Below, piece after piece: positions 34,801 through 46,659 of a DNA stretch of 64,000 nt (positions within the stretch are counted from its first letter, which is position 1; the number at the start of each line of letters is the position of its first letter). Made by a program: the position numbers and the translations under genes. The stretch is from Alloascoidea hylecoeti (lineage: Eukaryota), in assembly GCA_001600815.1 (NCBI GenBank), contig BCKZ01000001.1, positions 1,832,804-1,896,803 on the forward strand, read 5' to 3'. The notes beneath the pieces were generated by a model, which did no database searches, was not told the origin of the DNA, and worked only from the letters and a program-made list of their open reading frames with translations.

Positions 34801-36830
34801 ATTCTGGATCTCATACTCTTTCTCCTTGGATTAAAAATATTTTCAAGTCTGTTTATTCGGATAACGAGAAAAGAGGCGCTCGAAGAACCAAATATTTGAT
34901 TAGAGAATTGGTAAAGATTACCGAAAGATCATTCAAACATCTCTCAACCCTTCAAATGGAAATATGGAAACCATTGTTCCAGCAAAAGGGATTAACACCG
35001 CTCTTAGTTGATATAATAATTTCTTCTGCAATAGACAGGCAGGCGGCTGGTGAGGATTGTGAAGTTGTTCTTTCATTATTGGGAATACTTCCATCAGAAG
35101 AGGCTTGTGGAATAGTATTGCAAAAAATCAGAAATCTCACTAGTGTTCCAATTGATGCTTCTAACGAGGCCGAGGAGTTTGTATACTCTACAGTCAGTTG
35201 GAATGAAGTAACTGTTTTAGTGAAAGCATGTATACCTTTGCTATTTGACTCTTGCGAATTAAATGTAAAATTCTTGGTTGACATTTGTTTCATTGGGACC
35301 TGTTTCACCAATATGGGTCCCTATGAATTGAAAAGTGCAGTTCATAAACTAACGGTTAATACTATCCATAGTTTTTCTAGCATTAAAACCTTATCACCAC
35401 AAGAAAAAAATCTTATCAATCAAGTTTTGGATAAATATACTGGTAAACGTGCGAGTCTATTATTTGGTCTAAATTCGACATCAGATGATGAAATAACCAT
35501 TCACGACCCAACAATGATCGCTGGGCTCACAGAGATCACCGAAGGGTCATTAGCAGCTTTAGATATCATTGGTGATGGTGAGGGAGTAAAGCAAAATCAA
35601 TGGAGAAAGGAATGGACAGAGTATGCATTTGATGCTGCCTTTAAAAAGGGGTCAATTGTAAGGGCAAGGGCTCTTATTGTTCTTGGTATTTTGGCAGAGG
35701 AAAATAATGCAGAATATTTTACTAAAAAAACAGTGACATTACTAAGGCTTTCAACTAAACTTGCTGTGAACAACGATGCTTCTGCACTTGATTTGAATAA
35801 TTGTATCATTAATTGTTTAGGGCGATTGACTCAAAAGCTTCCCCCTACCTCTCCGTTTTTGACATCTTTATTTTGGGAAGCCCTTTCATGTACCCAATTC
35901 CCATTTATTAATTTTTTTATTTCCTGTTCTACTTTGGTATTGAAATGCATGGAAAGGATTGCCGAAGCTAATGATTTCGATGGTGACATAATTGGGAAGT
36001 TGACAAGAGTAAGAAGCTCGTTTGGTTCTACGTATAAGGAGATTGATAATTTGGTTGGTCTTAAATACAATACTGAGATGTTTGATAATTACATACTTGC
36101 AATGCTTTGCAGAGGATTATATGTTTCTGCTACAAAATATCACACATTGAATATCCTATCAGGTATTTTAAAGGTCCGAATTAACAGTGATAAAATTCTT
36201 ATTATTAAACGTGGACCTGGTGCTATCAATGATGATAGCAAGATGTATCCTTATGTATATGCTTGCTTTTTATTTATTTATGCAAGATCGCATAAGGAGG
36301 TGGCAAAATATCTATCGTGTTTGGATAAACAATCTATAAAGCTCCTAAATTTTGGTGATGGTATACAGCTACCAAGAATTCTACTTGATTTCTTTGCAAG
36401 TGGCACAGATCAAAGCGTGGTCGCAACTTATTTGGCAGCTAATATTTTCAAAGATCCTAAAGTTGAAGAAGCATTATTTATGAAAGCAATAAGATGGCAT
36501 CTCTTACCGGCAGACACAGATGAGGGACATAGAATGAGATTCATGAATTTTGCTTATTACGAGAAAAGAATTCAAGAAGTGTGTGAGCATTCTGCTAATC
36601 AGGCAACTGTCGAAATATGCCAAAAATTGATAACAGCTATAATGGCTATACCAGATTTTGATTATGATCACCGTAATTTATACATAGAAGAGTTTTTTAG
36701 AATACCTAAGATGTATAAGTTTGAAAACCCGTTGTATAAAGAACTTTCTGGTGTTCCTGTTATCGATGGTTCCAAATTGATATCCCTTTTAGGGGATTCA
36801 ATAACAAAGTCATTATCAATGGTTAATTAG
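28880..36830 (+). CDS. IRA2: Ras GTPase-activating protein, Ira1/Ira2/neurofibromin family, 3 exons (28880-28945, 29010-29159, 29235-36830)
   Basis: Arginine finger LLRRNSVATRML, AFIFLRFFCPAI, AKVIQNMANG, then a Sec14/PH-like region. Two GTAAGT..TAG introns extend the 2453-aa ORF in frame (MDFQ...RLFKV|LPLETG...). IRA1 versus IRA2 orthology cannot be resolved. Confidence 0.92.
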
Positions 36831-39435
36831 AGAATTAGAGGTTGCAGATGCAGTTGCTATTCTGGATAAGATTCTATTTCATCTGCAGGATGTTATCTTA
36901 ATTTATATAGTTTATTGTTTATCGATTATTGATATCGGTTATTGATTTTGTTTGTTTGTTTGCAATTGCTTATATATTTTTGTTGTTTTTTATAGTTGTT
37001 TTGATGTGCTTTTTGATTCAGTATTAAATAATTCAACCATTAATTTAAATTTTAAATTTTAAACTTTTTTAACTTTAATAAATATAATCCTTAATAAAGT
37101 AATAATAGCTCCCACACATGTTTTAGATCACTATCCTTACTGAGCGTTATTCACCAAATTTCATTCTCTTTTTGATAGTAGGTTTCTTCAATAACAAAAA
37201 TTCATAACCGAATTTAACCGAAAACACATGAAAGTCCATGTCTGAGCATTAATTATGAATACAATTACAATATTACCGGTAACTTCATAACAGTAATACC
37301 TACTTGAAATGGCATATACAAACATTAATATATATTGATTGTTTTCTATTAGCTTTTTCTTGTTAAAACGTAAAACTTCGGCCTTAGTTTTTTTCTAACT
37401 ATAAGTAAAGAAAATATTGTCTATAATATCAGTTTTCGCACTTCCAAAAACAATATTGAGATGGTAACGTATTTCCAACAGTTATAACGGTATATATACA
37501 TGTAGGTAGATACAACTACAACTTGTAGGCTACACTATAGCTACGTTTTTAACGATCTTATCTAATTCATAAGATTAACGCTCAGGCCCTTTCGAACTCA
37601 GAACTTGAGCAACTTGTAATCTCTCAGACTGGTACGATCATAGTAACTGAAGATGCTAACTATAATCTATAAATATGTCAGTTAAAATCCAGCTATGAGA
37701 TATTTTTCTTCAATTGGAGATTGAGATCGCGACCGGCTGCGATTAGAGGCACATATCAGAAACATAAAATTAACCCTATAGCAATATATATATATACGCA
37801 ATTTTTTTCGAACAAGGAAACATATATGGGCCATGCATATGGATATATCACAGAAAGAATGGCACCTGCGGATCAAGAAACGTATTCAAGGCTACAACAC
37901 CCTAGTTCCATAAATTTATAATTGCAAAAAGAAGTTTAATAATAACTTACATTTATTATGGTACTGTGACGCTAGTAATCCATTGTAATTACCAATAATC
38001 TGAATTATTTGAAAATATAAGTTATATCCTCAATTATTGGTTTCAAGTTTATAATTAGGGGATTATTGGAAACATGAATATATATATTTCTACTCAACGC
38101 TTTTGGAATTGTTTACCTATTTATGTTCATAGTTATAGCTGACTTATTCTAAGTTGCTTATTACTCATTTTATCACATTCAAACATATAAGAATACAACT
38201 ATGACTCTAAGCAGTATTTATTGGAATCGAAATGTTAAACATATAGCTATATCTGACTGGTGATAGTTGTACAATAAATGCTCATAAACAAAATTTAAAG
38301 CATATAAGTTATATAACAACCAAATTAATTGCAAAGGGTAATGATATAAGGCGAAAAGAAAAACAAAGCAGCGTACATTGTGACCTACTTATAATGGTAA
38401 TTGGGGATATTAATATTTGAACAATAGATATGGCATGATATTTATAATATTGATATTAGATTACTAACTAATATTAATCAAATCGCATTAATATTGTCTG
38501 ACTGTAGCTGACTTTTGTGATTATACAGATGTGAGAATTACAAGCACTAGCAAAAATATATAAAAGCAATATCTCGGCATAGCTACGCGTTTTAAAGATT
38601 GCGGCGTATATCTAATTAAACCTTTGATTTACCGAAGTTTAATATATATAGGTCCCCCAAAGATGAAACAAAATTATATTATACTATATTGGTAATCATA
38701 ACGTTGTATAGATACATAAGAGACAAATAATTCAAATTTAACAGATAACGGTAATATAATAGATAATTATACATAAAATATATTAATATACCTTTATCCT
38801 TACATAAGTTGTCAATATACATGTATATAGTTAGCTATAGTTATAACCGGTAATCTCACCATAGATCTAGTTAAAACAGCTTAGTGTAATTAAGAATATA
38901 CAATATCAACGGCCTTTACGTGAAAAGCACAGACCTAAGGTAAGGGAATATCAGAAATATAGACAATATATAAGCAACTTATATTATAAAAATATGCATT
39001 ATAATCCCTAAAATAATTAAAACCTATCTATACCTATGTTTCAAATTGATTACCAGTAAATTTATAATTATGACATACTTCAAATATATCTTATAGCTGC
39101 GATAGTAATCGATATTAATATAGTGTAATTGTATGATCAAGTTTGTTTCTTAAGCTTCTTCCCCTTCAATTCAGCTAATAGTTAATCATAATGTTAATAA
39201 TTATATCAGTTTGTATACATCAAAGTAGGTTAATAACACGTTTAAATCTTCGTAATAATAGATTGAATAATAAATTTATACTTTTAATTATATTTAAAAG
39301 CTAGCTATATGGAGCATATTACATTTAGGCGCCCCTAAGATTCTTTTCATTTATTCATTTATATAAAACATTTTCTTTTTTTCAAACAAAAATTCAGATA
39401 TTTTTCAAACAAATAAGAAGAGAATAGCAATTCCA

Positions 39436-40188
39436 ATGATTTATTTCATATCTGGTGGGAACAGAGGAATCGGATTTTCATTTGTTAAACAGCTCTCCTC
39501 CGATCCACTGAACACAATCATAGTCTCAGAAAGACATCCTGAGAGAGCTTCACAATTGCATGAATTGATACAAGATCACCCAAACATTAAAATAGTCAAA
39601 CTTGATATTTCAAATGAAGACAGCTTTTCAGGATTGGCGGAACAAGTTTTACAATTTGTTGATGGTGTAGATGTTCTTATTTCAAATGCTGGAATAGTGG
39701 ATGAGAAAGTTCGCTCATTATTGGATACACCTCCTTCAGCTTTGACTAATCTTTTTAATGTCAATTCAGTTGGCCCAGTACAGCTGGTTCAATCACTATA
39801 TCCATTGCTATTGAAGAGAACTACTAGGAAGATTGTTTTTATCTCTAGTATAGGCAGCTCAGTTAAAGGGTTTTTTAGTAGTCGGTTTGCAGCCTTTGGA
39901 TCTTCAAAAGTTGTTTTAAATTACTACATGAAAGTTTTCGCCTACGATCTACAATGCAAGGGTTTTATTGTCATGGCTATTCACCCTGGAACTGTGAACA
40001 CGGACACGTTGAAAATTATCATTGATCAGGTAAAGGAAGCAGAATTAGACTCGGAAGATGAATTTGGAGACTTTTTACCAATAACGCCCGACGAATCTGT
40101 TTCCTCGATTTTAAATGTCATATCTCATGCCACACATGATGAAAATGGTAAATTCTTCAACTACACTGGTGAACTTTTACCTTTCTGA
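39436..40188 (+). CDS. Short-chain dehydrogenase/reductase, C-factor (CsgA)/Sniffer-like
   Basis: ISGGNRGIGF, VDVLISNAGI, KIVFISS, IHPGTVNTD, GKFFNYTGELLPF. The catalytic YxxxK reads FGSSK. Confidence 0.9.
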   Translation: MIYFISGGNRGIGFSFVKQLSSDPLNTIIVSERHPERASQLHELIQDHPNIKIVKLDISNEDSFSGLAEQVLQFVDGVDVLISNAGIVDEKVRSLLDTPPSALTNLFNVNSVGPVQLVQSLYPLLLKRTTRKIVFISSIGSSVKGFFSSRFAAFGSSKVVLNYYMKVFAYDLQCKGFIVMAIHPGTVNTDTLKIIIDQVKEAELDSEDEFGDFLPITPDESVSSILNVISHATHDENGKFFNYTGELLPF

Positions 40189-40722
40189 TTATTGTAATTT
40201 ATCATCAGTATACCAGCTAATTGATAGATAGATATAATATGTAGTATCATATAGGGAAGTAGTTGCAATTGTTAGTTCAGTAAGTCAGCCTTAAATACTC
40301 CAGATCCAATTAAGCTTAAAAAGCCGATGTGCCGAAGAAATTAAACAGCGTTGTCATGGTAACAATGGTAGTCAAAAAAGTCAGAAAATCCATCAAAGAT
40401 CAGAAGGTGCATATGGCCAAACATTTGTGAATACATCTTCCCTTCAATTAAAAACACATTGCTTGGCTTCCTTCTGCATCTATCTAGATCTGATATAACT
40501 TGGGTAGAGGGGTTTTATAAATAAAGCCCTAGATCTTCAAAGAATCACAACATGACTAGCTATTAATTAAGCTTATATTCCAATTGCAATGTGTATGTGA
40601 CTATTTCTATGAAATTACTTTAATTATTCAATAATTTATATAATATAACTAATCATTAAATTTCTCATCCCCACTAGTACTAGAAATGTATCGTGAATGT
40701 TAAAAAAGATTGTTGAACACAA

Positions 40723-42873
40723 TTATCGTTTCGATCCATCATTTATTGTATCACTTTTAACATGGTCTGAAGAGATAGAAGGGTTTGTCTGCCCATAGGA
40801 TTGTTCCAAATCTATTAAATTTTGTGATTTATTCACTGGTATCCTATTTAATAGTCCCAGCAATTCTTGTGACGCTGCTTTATTTGAAGGACTAGTACTA
40901 TTATCACTCTCACTGGACTTCTGGACCTTAGGCTCTAATTTGGGGGATGATGACATTTTCAAGAGATTAAGTAGATCTGACGAACCACTAGATGGCTTTG
41001 ATTGGTTTGGTATAACTTGCGAAGTTTCTAGTGTTGATTCTTTAATTTTTGGGAATAAATCATTCATATTTAATTTTTTATTCAACGAACTAGTAGGTTC
41101 ACTTGAAGAAGATCTAATAGGTATAGATTGTTGTTTTTCTAGTTTGACTTGTTTATCAACCTCCGATACTGTAACTTCCGAAGACACTCCTTTTGGAAGA
41201 GAAGGCTTATTCAATAAGCTAAGAAGTGTGTTGGAAGATGAAGAAGATGCTGTGGGCTTTTTGCTGGGCTTATCAATTACAGCAGGAATTATAGACGGGG
41301 ATTCTGAAGGTCTGGTTAATAATCCAAGAAGTTCACCAGATTTCGAATGGTTATGATTCTTCGTAGCTTTTTGAAGCATTTCATTCAGACTTTTGTGATC
41401 TTGTGTTTGAGAATATGTATCAGGTAAAATGTTTGATCCTGTTACATGATCATCGGTGGGCAGAGTTGGCTCGGAGACTAATACTCCAACAGGATTAGAA
41501 ATCTTGGCAGTTTCGGGTTGATTTGAATTAGAAGATATGGGAAGTTGTTGAAACGATGCCCTTGGGCTTATCATACCAAGCGATTGGGATCCTGCTATAG
41601 GAGGGACAAAAGGCGGTTGCGGGTTATAATTTTGGAATGGATAACTATTATTAGGTATATCATTGGGAGGACCGTTGGGAAAACCGTTTGGAAGACCATT
41701 TGGAAGACCATTTGGAAACCCACCAGGAAACATAGGGAATTGAAACATGTTGGGCAAAGGCATTGGAAAGAAGGGCATTGGTAAAATGTTGATGGGTTGA
41801 TTAGGTTGGGGAAATGGGGCTTGTACACTTGATGTAGCTGACATACTTCTTGAAACTGGATCATTATTAACTATATGGGAGGGTTCACTATTATTGTTGA
41901 TGGTGGAATCGTTAACGTTGTTATTTGCAATTGTTGACTGATCATGCGAGGCAGTCGTTTTTACTAAGTCTAGTAATTGGGATGAATCATTTCCACTGGC
42001 TTTATTTCGACTTGTCATATGCAACAAATTGAGTAATTCTCTTCCTGGGTCAACTTTCTGTTTCTCTATTGGTTTCTTTACGTTATCTTTGTCCATACCT
42101 AACGCCTTCTTCAACTCATTTTGAACACGTAATAGTTCATCTGCAACTTGGTTATGAGCACGTTTCTTTTTTATCTCCTTGGACAGAGGACGTAAGAAAG
42201 GTGATACGAGTACATAATTGTTGTTCCTTGCTTTCGCCTTTGCATTAAGTTGTTTGATATCATGCCATTCAATTTGACCAATTTCATTTCTAGTTTGAGG
42301 TACAAAGACCGTGTCCAAAGGTATATTTTTCAATATAAACATTTTATGATTTTTTCCATTTATTGTTCTATCGATATAGTCATCAGATCTTATATGATCT
42401 TTAATATCGAACCCAATTTCTTCATAAACTTCACGAATTGCACAACTTTCATCAGACTCATCTTTACTAATCTTACCTCTAGGAAACCCCCATGCTGAGT
42501 TTGAACCCATCCCTTTAACCAGTAATACTTTTGACATGTTTTTATTTAGCAAAATAGCACCTCGTACAGGAATTCCGGATTTATAAAGACCAAATTGCCT
42601 AACAGCATCCGATGGATCTCCCCATTTCCACACATAAGGAAATATCTCTAAAATTTTATTCGAAAATGCTTTCATTTTTAAAGAAGGTAAAGATGACTCT
42701 TGATACCGGACATAATCGAGGTAATACCATTGTGCTTCTTCGATTTGAAAAAATAGTCGTTCAACAGTTGATAAATCTTCTTGGGGACAGTTTATAACAA
42801 ATCTCACTAGAAGGTCTTCGAGAACACGTTCCAGAGATTCTCCTGAATATGAGTAGTTAATAGGAATTGACAT
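40723..42873 (-). CDS. DCP2: mRNA decapping enzyme catalytic subunit
   Basis: Box A (DLLVRFVINCP, FQIEEAQWYYLD), Nudix box GKISKDESDESCAIREVYEEIG, and several LLxLL helical Leu-rich motifs in the disordered tail. Confidence 0.95.
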   Translation of the reverse strand: MSIPINYSYSGESLERVLEDLLVRFVINCPQEDLSTVERLFFQIEEAQWYYLDYVRYQESSLPSLKMKAFSNKILEIFPYVWKWGDPSDAVRQFGLYKSGIPVRGAILLNKNMSKVLLVKGMGSNSAWGFPRGKISKDESDESCAIREVYEEIGFDIKDHIRSDDYIDRTINGKNHKMFILKNIPLDTVFVPQTRNEIGQIEWHDIKQLNAKAKARNNNYVLVSPFLRPLSKEIKKKRAHNQVADELLRVQNELKKALGMDKDNVKKPIEKQKVDPGRELLNLLHMTSRNKASGNDSSQLLDLVKTTASHDQSTIANNNVNDSTINNNSEPSHIVNNDPVSRSMSATSSVQAPFPQPNQPINILPMPFFPMPLPNMFQFPMFPGGFPNGLPNGLPNGFPNGPPNDIPNNSYPFQNYNPQPPFVPPIAGSQSLGMISPRASFQQLPISSNSNQPETAKISNPVGVLVSEPTLPTDDHVTGSNILPDTYSQTQDHKSLNEMLQKATKNHNHSKSGELLGLLTRPSESPSIIPAVIDKPSKKPTASSSSSNTLLSLLNKPSLPKGVSSEVTVSEVDKQVKLEKQQSIPIRSSSSEPTSSLNKKLNMNDLFPKIKESTLETSQVIPNQSKPSSGSSDLLNLLKMSSSPKLEPKVQKSSESDNSTSPSNKAASQELLGLLNRIPVNKSQNLIDLEQSYGQTNPSISSDHVKSDTINDGSKR

Positions 42874-43033
42874 TTGATGTTGATGCTAATATGTTGTGAT
42901 AATCTTAATTAGAAGGAGGAGAGATGGTTTTGTGTAAGCCGGGTAATACTTTGGCTTATGTCATAAATAAGACTTGCTGTATATTAATATCAAACTATTT
43001 GTAATTGATCTTATTCTATCTATTATGTTGAAG

Positions 43034-43897
43034 ATGTCTTTAAAGGTTGGGTATGTTCCGGAACATTTTTCCACTCCTTTGTTTTTTGCCAAAGAGCAAG
43101 GTTATTACGCCGCTGAAAATCTTACGATTGAGTTTGTGCCTTTTCCATCTGGATCTGGTCATCTAATTCAGTGTCTTGGTGATAAATCTATTGATGTCGC
43201 TATTGGACTTACGGAGGCTTTTGTTGCTGGAATAGGCAAGGGAAATAAAACATACAAACTTGTTGGAACGTACGTTCAATCTCCCTTATGCTGGGCCATC
43301 AGTACAGGTGCTGACCGGAGTGACATTAACAATGAAGATGATCTTAAGGGGAAAAAGATCGGAGTAAGCAGAATCGGAAGTGGTTCATATGTAATGTCAT
43401 TCGTGCTTGCTCACAACAAAAAATGGCTTGGTTCAGGCTCTTCATCTGGATTTGAAGATTTCGTTGTTTTGCACAATTTCCAAAATTTAAGAAATTCTGT
43501 CAATTTAAAAGAGGATTCAGAAAAGAGTGATGCGTTTATGTGGGAACATTTCACAAGCAAGAAGTATTATGATAATGGAGAAATCAAAAGAATAGGCGAA
43601 ATTTATACCCCATGGCCTTCTTGGGCTATAACTGCTAGAACTGAAATTGCAGATGAAAAGAAGCAATTACTGGAGGGGTTCTTTAGAGCAGTAAATAAAG
43701 GTATCGGATATTTCAATGCCCACAAAGATGAAGCTATTAAGTATATTTCGACCAATCTCGATTACAATGCGGAGGATGCAGCCGCTTGGATGAAAACAGT
43801 TGAGTTTGTTAAGGACACTTCTATAGTTGAGCAAAGCGTTGTTGAAAAAACGACTGATATTCTTATTGCTGCAGGTGTTGTACCCAAACAAACATAA
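43034..43897 (+). CDS. THI5/SsuA-like periplasmic-binding-fold protein
   Basis: LKVGYVPEHFSTPL, GVSRIGSGS, DAFMWEHFTSK, IYTPWPSW. Start at ATG 43025 or 43034. Confidence 0.85.
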   Translation: MSLKVGYVPEHFSTPLFFAKEQGYYAAENLTIEFVPFPSGSGHLIQCLGDKSIDVAIGLTEAFVAGIGKGNKTYKLVGTYVQSPLCWAISTGADRSDINNEDDLKGKKIGVSRIGSGSYVMSFVLAHNKKWLGSGSSSGFEDFVVLHNFQNLRNSVNLKEDSEKSDAFMWEHFTSKKYYDNGEIKRIGEIYTPWPSWAITARTEIADEKKQLLEGFFRAVNKGIGYFNAHKDEAIKYISTNLDYNAEDAAAWMKTVEFVKDTSIVEQSVVEKTTDILIAAGVVPKQT

Positions 43898-44262
43898 TAA
43901 CACTATAAACTGCCATATAAATATATATAAATGCATATTTCTAAAGTTTTATTTGATATTCAGCCTTCATGTTCATTATTATCATATTTATACATGATTG
44001 ACGCTGTCTGATAACAGAACCAATTACAATGAATTCTCGAATTTGACTCTTTTTGGGAAGAAGATTAATACCAAAGTTATCGTTGCTTCTTGAAACCAAT
44101 CACTACCACTGATTGGTCAACCCAGCTAGGTATGTGTGTGATAATACTGGTATTGGCTGTAAAATAAACCTGTTCTAGATCCAAATTTAAACTAATATTT
44201 CCTCAAGTCATATTTGGAAACCTCCTTTTCCCCCTAATTCTTAATTCGGCACGATAATCAAA

Positions 44263-46092
44263 ATGCTTCATGTCTTTGAAGATGCTCCGGAAGGCTGGTT
44301 AGACATTGTCAATCCTGGCGTTGCCTCTACTGCTAACCCACATACTGGGACTATCAATCTAGGTCGAAAACTGCCCGACTTAAGATCTATTGTTGATGCT
44401 GATGTCGATATGGATTCTGGTAATTTATTTAAAAATTCAGAAGTTAGTCCAAATGTAAATTTAGAAACCCTCCCTTATGATATTTTGAGGATAATTATCA
44501 GTATTGAGAATACTTTTCAAGTAATTAATGCTTTATCCCTAACATCAAAGGAGCTTAATTCAAGTATTCATGAGATGGGGAGAGATACGAGCAGCGATCC
44601 CTTCAAGAAAGCGAAGTCTTTTGCTTATAATTATCAAAATATTGATGATAAAATAAAGATATTTCATGATATGGCTAGAAAGTATCATATTTTTGAAATG
44701 TTAAGGAAGAAAAAATATCCAATCAAAATGAATTACATTCATACGATTGACGATAATGAAGTGGTATCTCAAAATGATACAATAAAGGAGCTAGTTAATC
44801 CTTCTGATACTAAAATTTGCTTTGGCTCTCGTTTTCATAACTTGATTGCACGTGAATCAAGAGTATTTATAAAGAAAACTGATATATCACCTTACGATGA
44901 CCAAGTTGATCAGATTTGCAGATACGCTAAAAACGAAGAACATGATGGGTTTAATGTAGACGGATATCTTATCACAAAGGAGAAACAAAAAAGCATTTTA
45001 TATAAACCTCATAATGATATTATAAGAATGGAGGAGAAGGGAATATCAACGTTCCTTCATATTGGTTCCGGTAGAACTGCTTCATCAAGTACTACGAGTA
45101 ATTCAAGCACTATTGCAATTACAAATTGGAAAGAAAAAGAGAATAGCTACTGTAACTCTTATAAGATATTAGATGATCTTGCTTACGTGAAAAAAAAAGA
45201 GTTTACAGTTAATTGTTATAAGATACAGACTGGAACCAAATTCACCGGTCGTACATCATTAAAAGCGTCCTGTTTATTTTCTAAACAAGTAAATGGAAAA
45301 CTTTGTCAATATGACGCTAACTTCAAGTATCTCTTTATTCTTTATTCTCCTAGTGTTAGACAAAGTTGGGCTCTACAAGATGACTTGGTTTGTGATATAT
45401 ACTGCAGATTCACTGGGAATTACATTGATCATTTTGATCTTCCAATTAATCAATGGAAGGAAAAAAAGGAAGATATAAGAATTTTGTTATTATCTACCCA
45501 TATTACTATATTGGGTAAATATGGTGTCTGGGTACAAAGCATAAATAATTGTTTGAGAAGACATCTAAATTTAAGTACAATGGGTCATGAAGACCTTGGA
45601 AATTTAAATACTCCTTGGCCCGTAAACGATGTATCAAAACTTAAATGGTCGAGGGTACTTAATTTTCATTCTTTACGTGTACCAATTACAGAATACCGTT
45701 TTTCAAAAGTATCATCGGATGAGCGATTCATCATTATAGTATATTCCATGTTCAACCAGAGATTGAGTTATGCCATTCTTATTGATAATTTGAAACAAAC
45801 TATCACTTGCAATTATAGTAATTATGCAACTTGTGATTATCAGAAAGTTGATACATGGTGTGTTAATAATGACTCGAACATGAGTTGCTATTCAAGGGCG
45901 TATTTCAAGAAATTATGGGATCATTGTAGTAATAAGACATGGAGGGTCCAAAATACCAGACCGTATTTTGAAAATCCGAAAATTGAAGAGAGTAATAGAA
46001 TAGTTGGTGAATGTGATATGGCATATTTGAAAGAATATGATAGTTGTTTTTCAGTTCAGGAGGTTTTTGAGGATCTGCTGCAGTTTAATTAA
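44263..46092 (+). CDS. Uncharacterised protein with a putative N-terminal F-box
   Basis: Intact 609-aa ORF. LETLPYDILRIII...INALSLTSKEL fits the F-box pattern; the rest is unrecognised. Confidence 0.6.
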   Translation: MLHVFEDAPEGWLDIVNPGVASTANPHTGTINLGRKLPDLRSIVDADVDMDSGNLFKNSEVSPNVNLETLPYDILRIIISIENTFQVINALSLTSKELNSSIHEMGRDTSSDPFKKAKSFAYNYQNIDDKIKIFHDMARKYHIFEMLRKKKYPIKMNYIHTIDDNEVVSQNDTIKELVNPSDTKICFGSRFHNLIARESRVFIKKTDISPYDDQVDQICRYAKNEEHDGFNVDGYLITKEKQKSILYKPHNDIIRMEEKGISTFLHIGSGRTASSSTTSNSSTIAITNWKEKENSYCNSYKILDDLAYVKKKEFTVNCYKIQTGTKFTGRTSLKASCLFSKQVNGKLCQYDANFKYLFILYSPSVRQSWALQDDLVCDIYCRFTGNYIDHFDLPINQWKEKKEDIRILLLSTHITILGKYGVWVQSINNCLRRHLNLSTMGHEDLGNLNTPWPVNDVSKLKWSRVLNFHSLRVPITEYRFSKVSSDERFIIIVYSMFNQRLSYAILIDNLKQTITCNYSNYATCDYQKVDTWCVNNDSNMSCYSRAYFKKLWDHCSNKTWRVQNTRPYFENPKIEESNRIVGECDMAYLKEYDSCFSVQEVFEDLLQFN

Positions 46093-46659
46093 AAGATTCC
46101 TAATATATATCTATCATCAACGTGAACACATATCATTGATAGGTATATCTCTTATTCAATTTATCTCTAATTTTTACATTACATGTTTGAGTATATATTT
46201 CTTTCCACTGCTAACTGTGTGTGTTTTTGTTTAACGATAAACTAATGGCGAATTATATTGTAATTGTAAATATGTTTGAATTGGATTTGCCCAACATGGG
46301 TATTTTGTGTTGTTAACAGTTAATTTAGTTCAGTATACGAATAAATTAATTGCTATTAGTCGTACATAGCTATTTGTATTCTTCCACTATTTAATGGCTT
46401 CACTGTGTTAGAATTGATACTATTTTTCAAAATCCTTTCTAATTTGATAAGGACTTTGGTTACTACTAGTTATATGATCAATCTGTAGCTGATGATAATC
46501 TAGCCTGAAGCACTTAATTAGTTAAAATAACTGAGCTAAGGCTATATAAGTTTATAGCTAGCTAAAAACAAAACTAGATATTACAGCTCTAGGTTTCAAT
46601 AATAACTATGTTCCAACTGCATCTAATCTGATTTACTTTTACTATTTGTATCAATATAG

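Noticed and set aside
37682..37921. Short ORFs in the IRA-SDR spacer
   Set aside because: Non-ATG starts, under 70 aa and no motifs.
41672..41722. 12-nt tandem repeat in DCP2 (PNGL/PNGF) and LLxLL repeats
   Set aside because: Low-complexity coding repeat; helical Leu-rich motifs are an established Dcp2 feature.
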